Below the pieces are notes generated by a model. It did not search any database, was not told the DNA's origin, and saw nothing but the letters and a program-made list of their open reading frames with translations. The position numbers were made by a program, and so were the translations under genes. This document shows positions 34,381 through 34,797 of a DNA stretch of 34,797 nt, in pieces (the first letter of the stretch is position 1; every line of letters begins with the position of its first letter). Source of the DNA: a virus (lineage: Duplodnaviria > Caudoviricetes); IMG/VR virus record IMGVR_UViG_3300032218_003035, positions 1 to 34,797 of that record. One strand, 5' to 3'.

Positions 34381-34797
34381 GATTGTTATGAGTATTACGA
34401 GGTGAAAACTAATAAAAGTTTTACGATATGAATACTAACTGATTGTTATGAATATTAAGGGTTGAAAACTAATAAAAGTTTTCCTTGCTGAATACTAACT
34501 GATTGTTATGAGTATTAAGGGTTGAAAACTAATAAAAGTTTTCCTTGATGAATACTAACTGATTGTTATGAGTATTATGCCTTGAATACTAATAAAAGTA
34601 TTACAGGGTGAATACTAACTAAGGATTTGAGAATGATTGAGTATTATGATATGAATACTAATAAAAGTATTACAGGGTGAATACTAACTAAAAATTTAAG
34701 AATGATTGAGTATTATGGGATGAATACTAATAAAAGTATTACAGGGTGAATACTAACTAAAAATTTAAGAATGATTGAGTATTATGGGATGAATACT
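34381..34797. repeat. Non-coding tandem array: 4 x 60 bp then more than 2.5 x 69 bp, truncated by the window
   Basis: Units start at 34381, 34441, 34501, 34561, 34621, 34690 and 34759. Each full unit holds two AGTWTT-N8-AAWACT palindromes. Confidence 0.95.

Noticed and set aside
34381-34797. Possible CRISPR array
   Set aside because: Variable segments are only about 5-6 bp and recur; there are no unique 25-45 bp spacers and no cas genes.

Overview
This window is part of a T4-like cyanophage (cyanomyovirus, Kyanoviridae-type gene order), and essentially all real genes are on the minus strand. Bases 1-27.6 kb are an AT-rich late structural block: a collagen-like fibre gene running off the left edge (missing from the ORF track), a small virion protein, a 1140-aa fibre, a 2703-aa VrlC-like protein, baseplate gp8, gp7, gp6 and gp25, a PAAR-like spike tip and small conserved ORFs, with T4-type late promoters. 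Bases 28-34 kb are a much more GC-rich array of about 19 mostly tiny early-type genes. Most have their own repeated regulatory cassette: a 22-bp palindrome (7-N8-7), a GC hairpin, a sigma70 -10 box and an A/C-rich leader without a Shine-Dalgarno. Non-coding repeat blocks bracket this array: five 34-bp AT-rich repeats on the left, and on the right five perfect cyanobacterial DnaA boxes (TTTTCCACA) followed by 60/69-bp tandem repeats holding 13 copies of a 20-bp AGTWTT-N8-AAWACT palindrome. Family assignments come from recalled motifs and synteny, not database searches.
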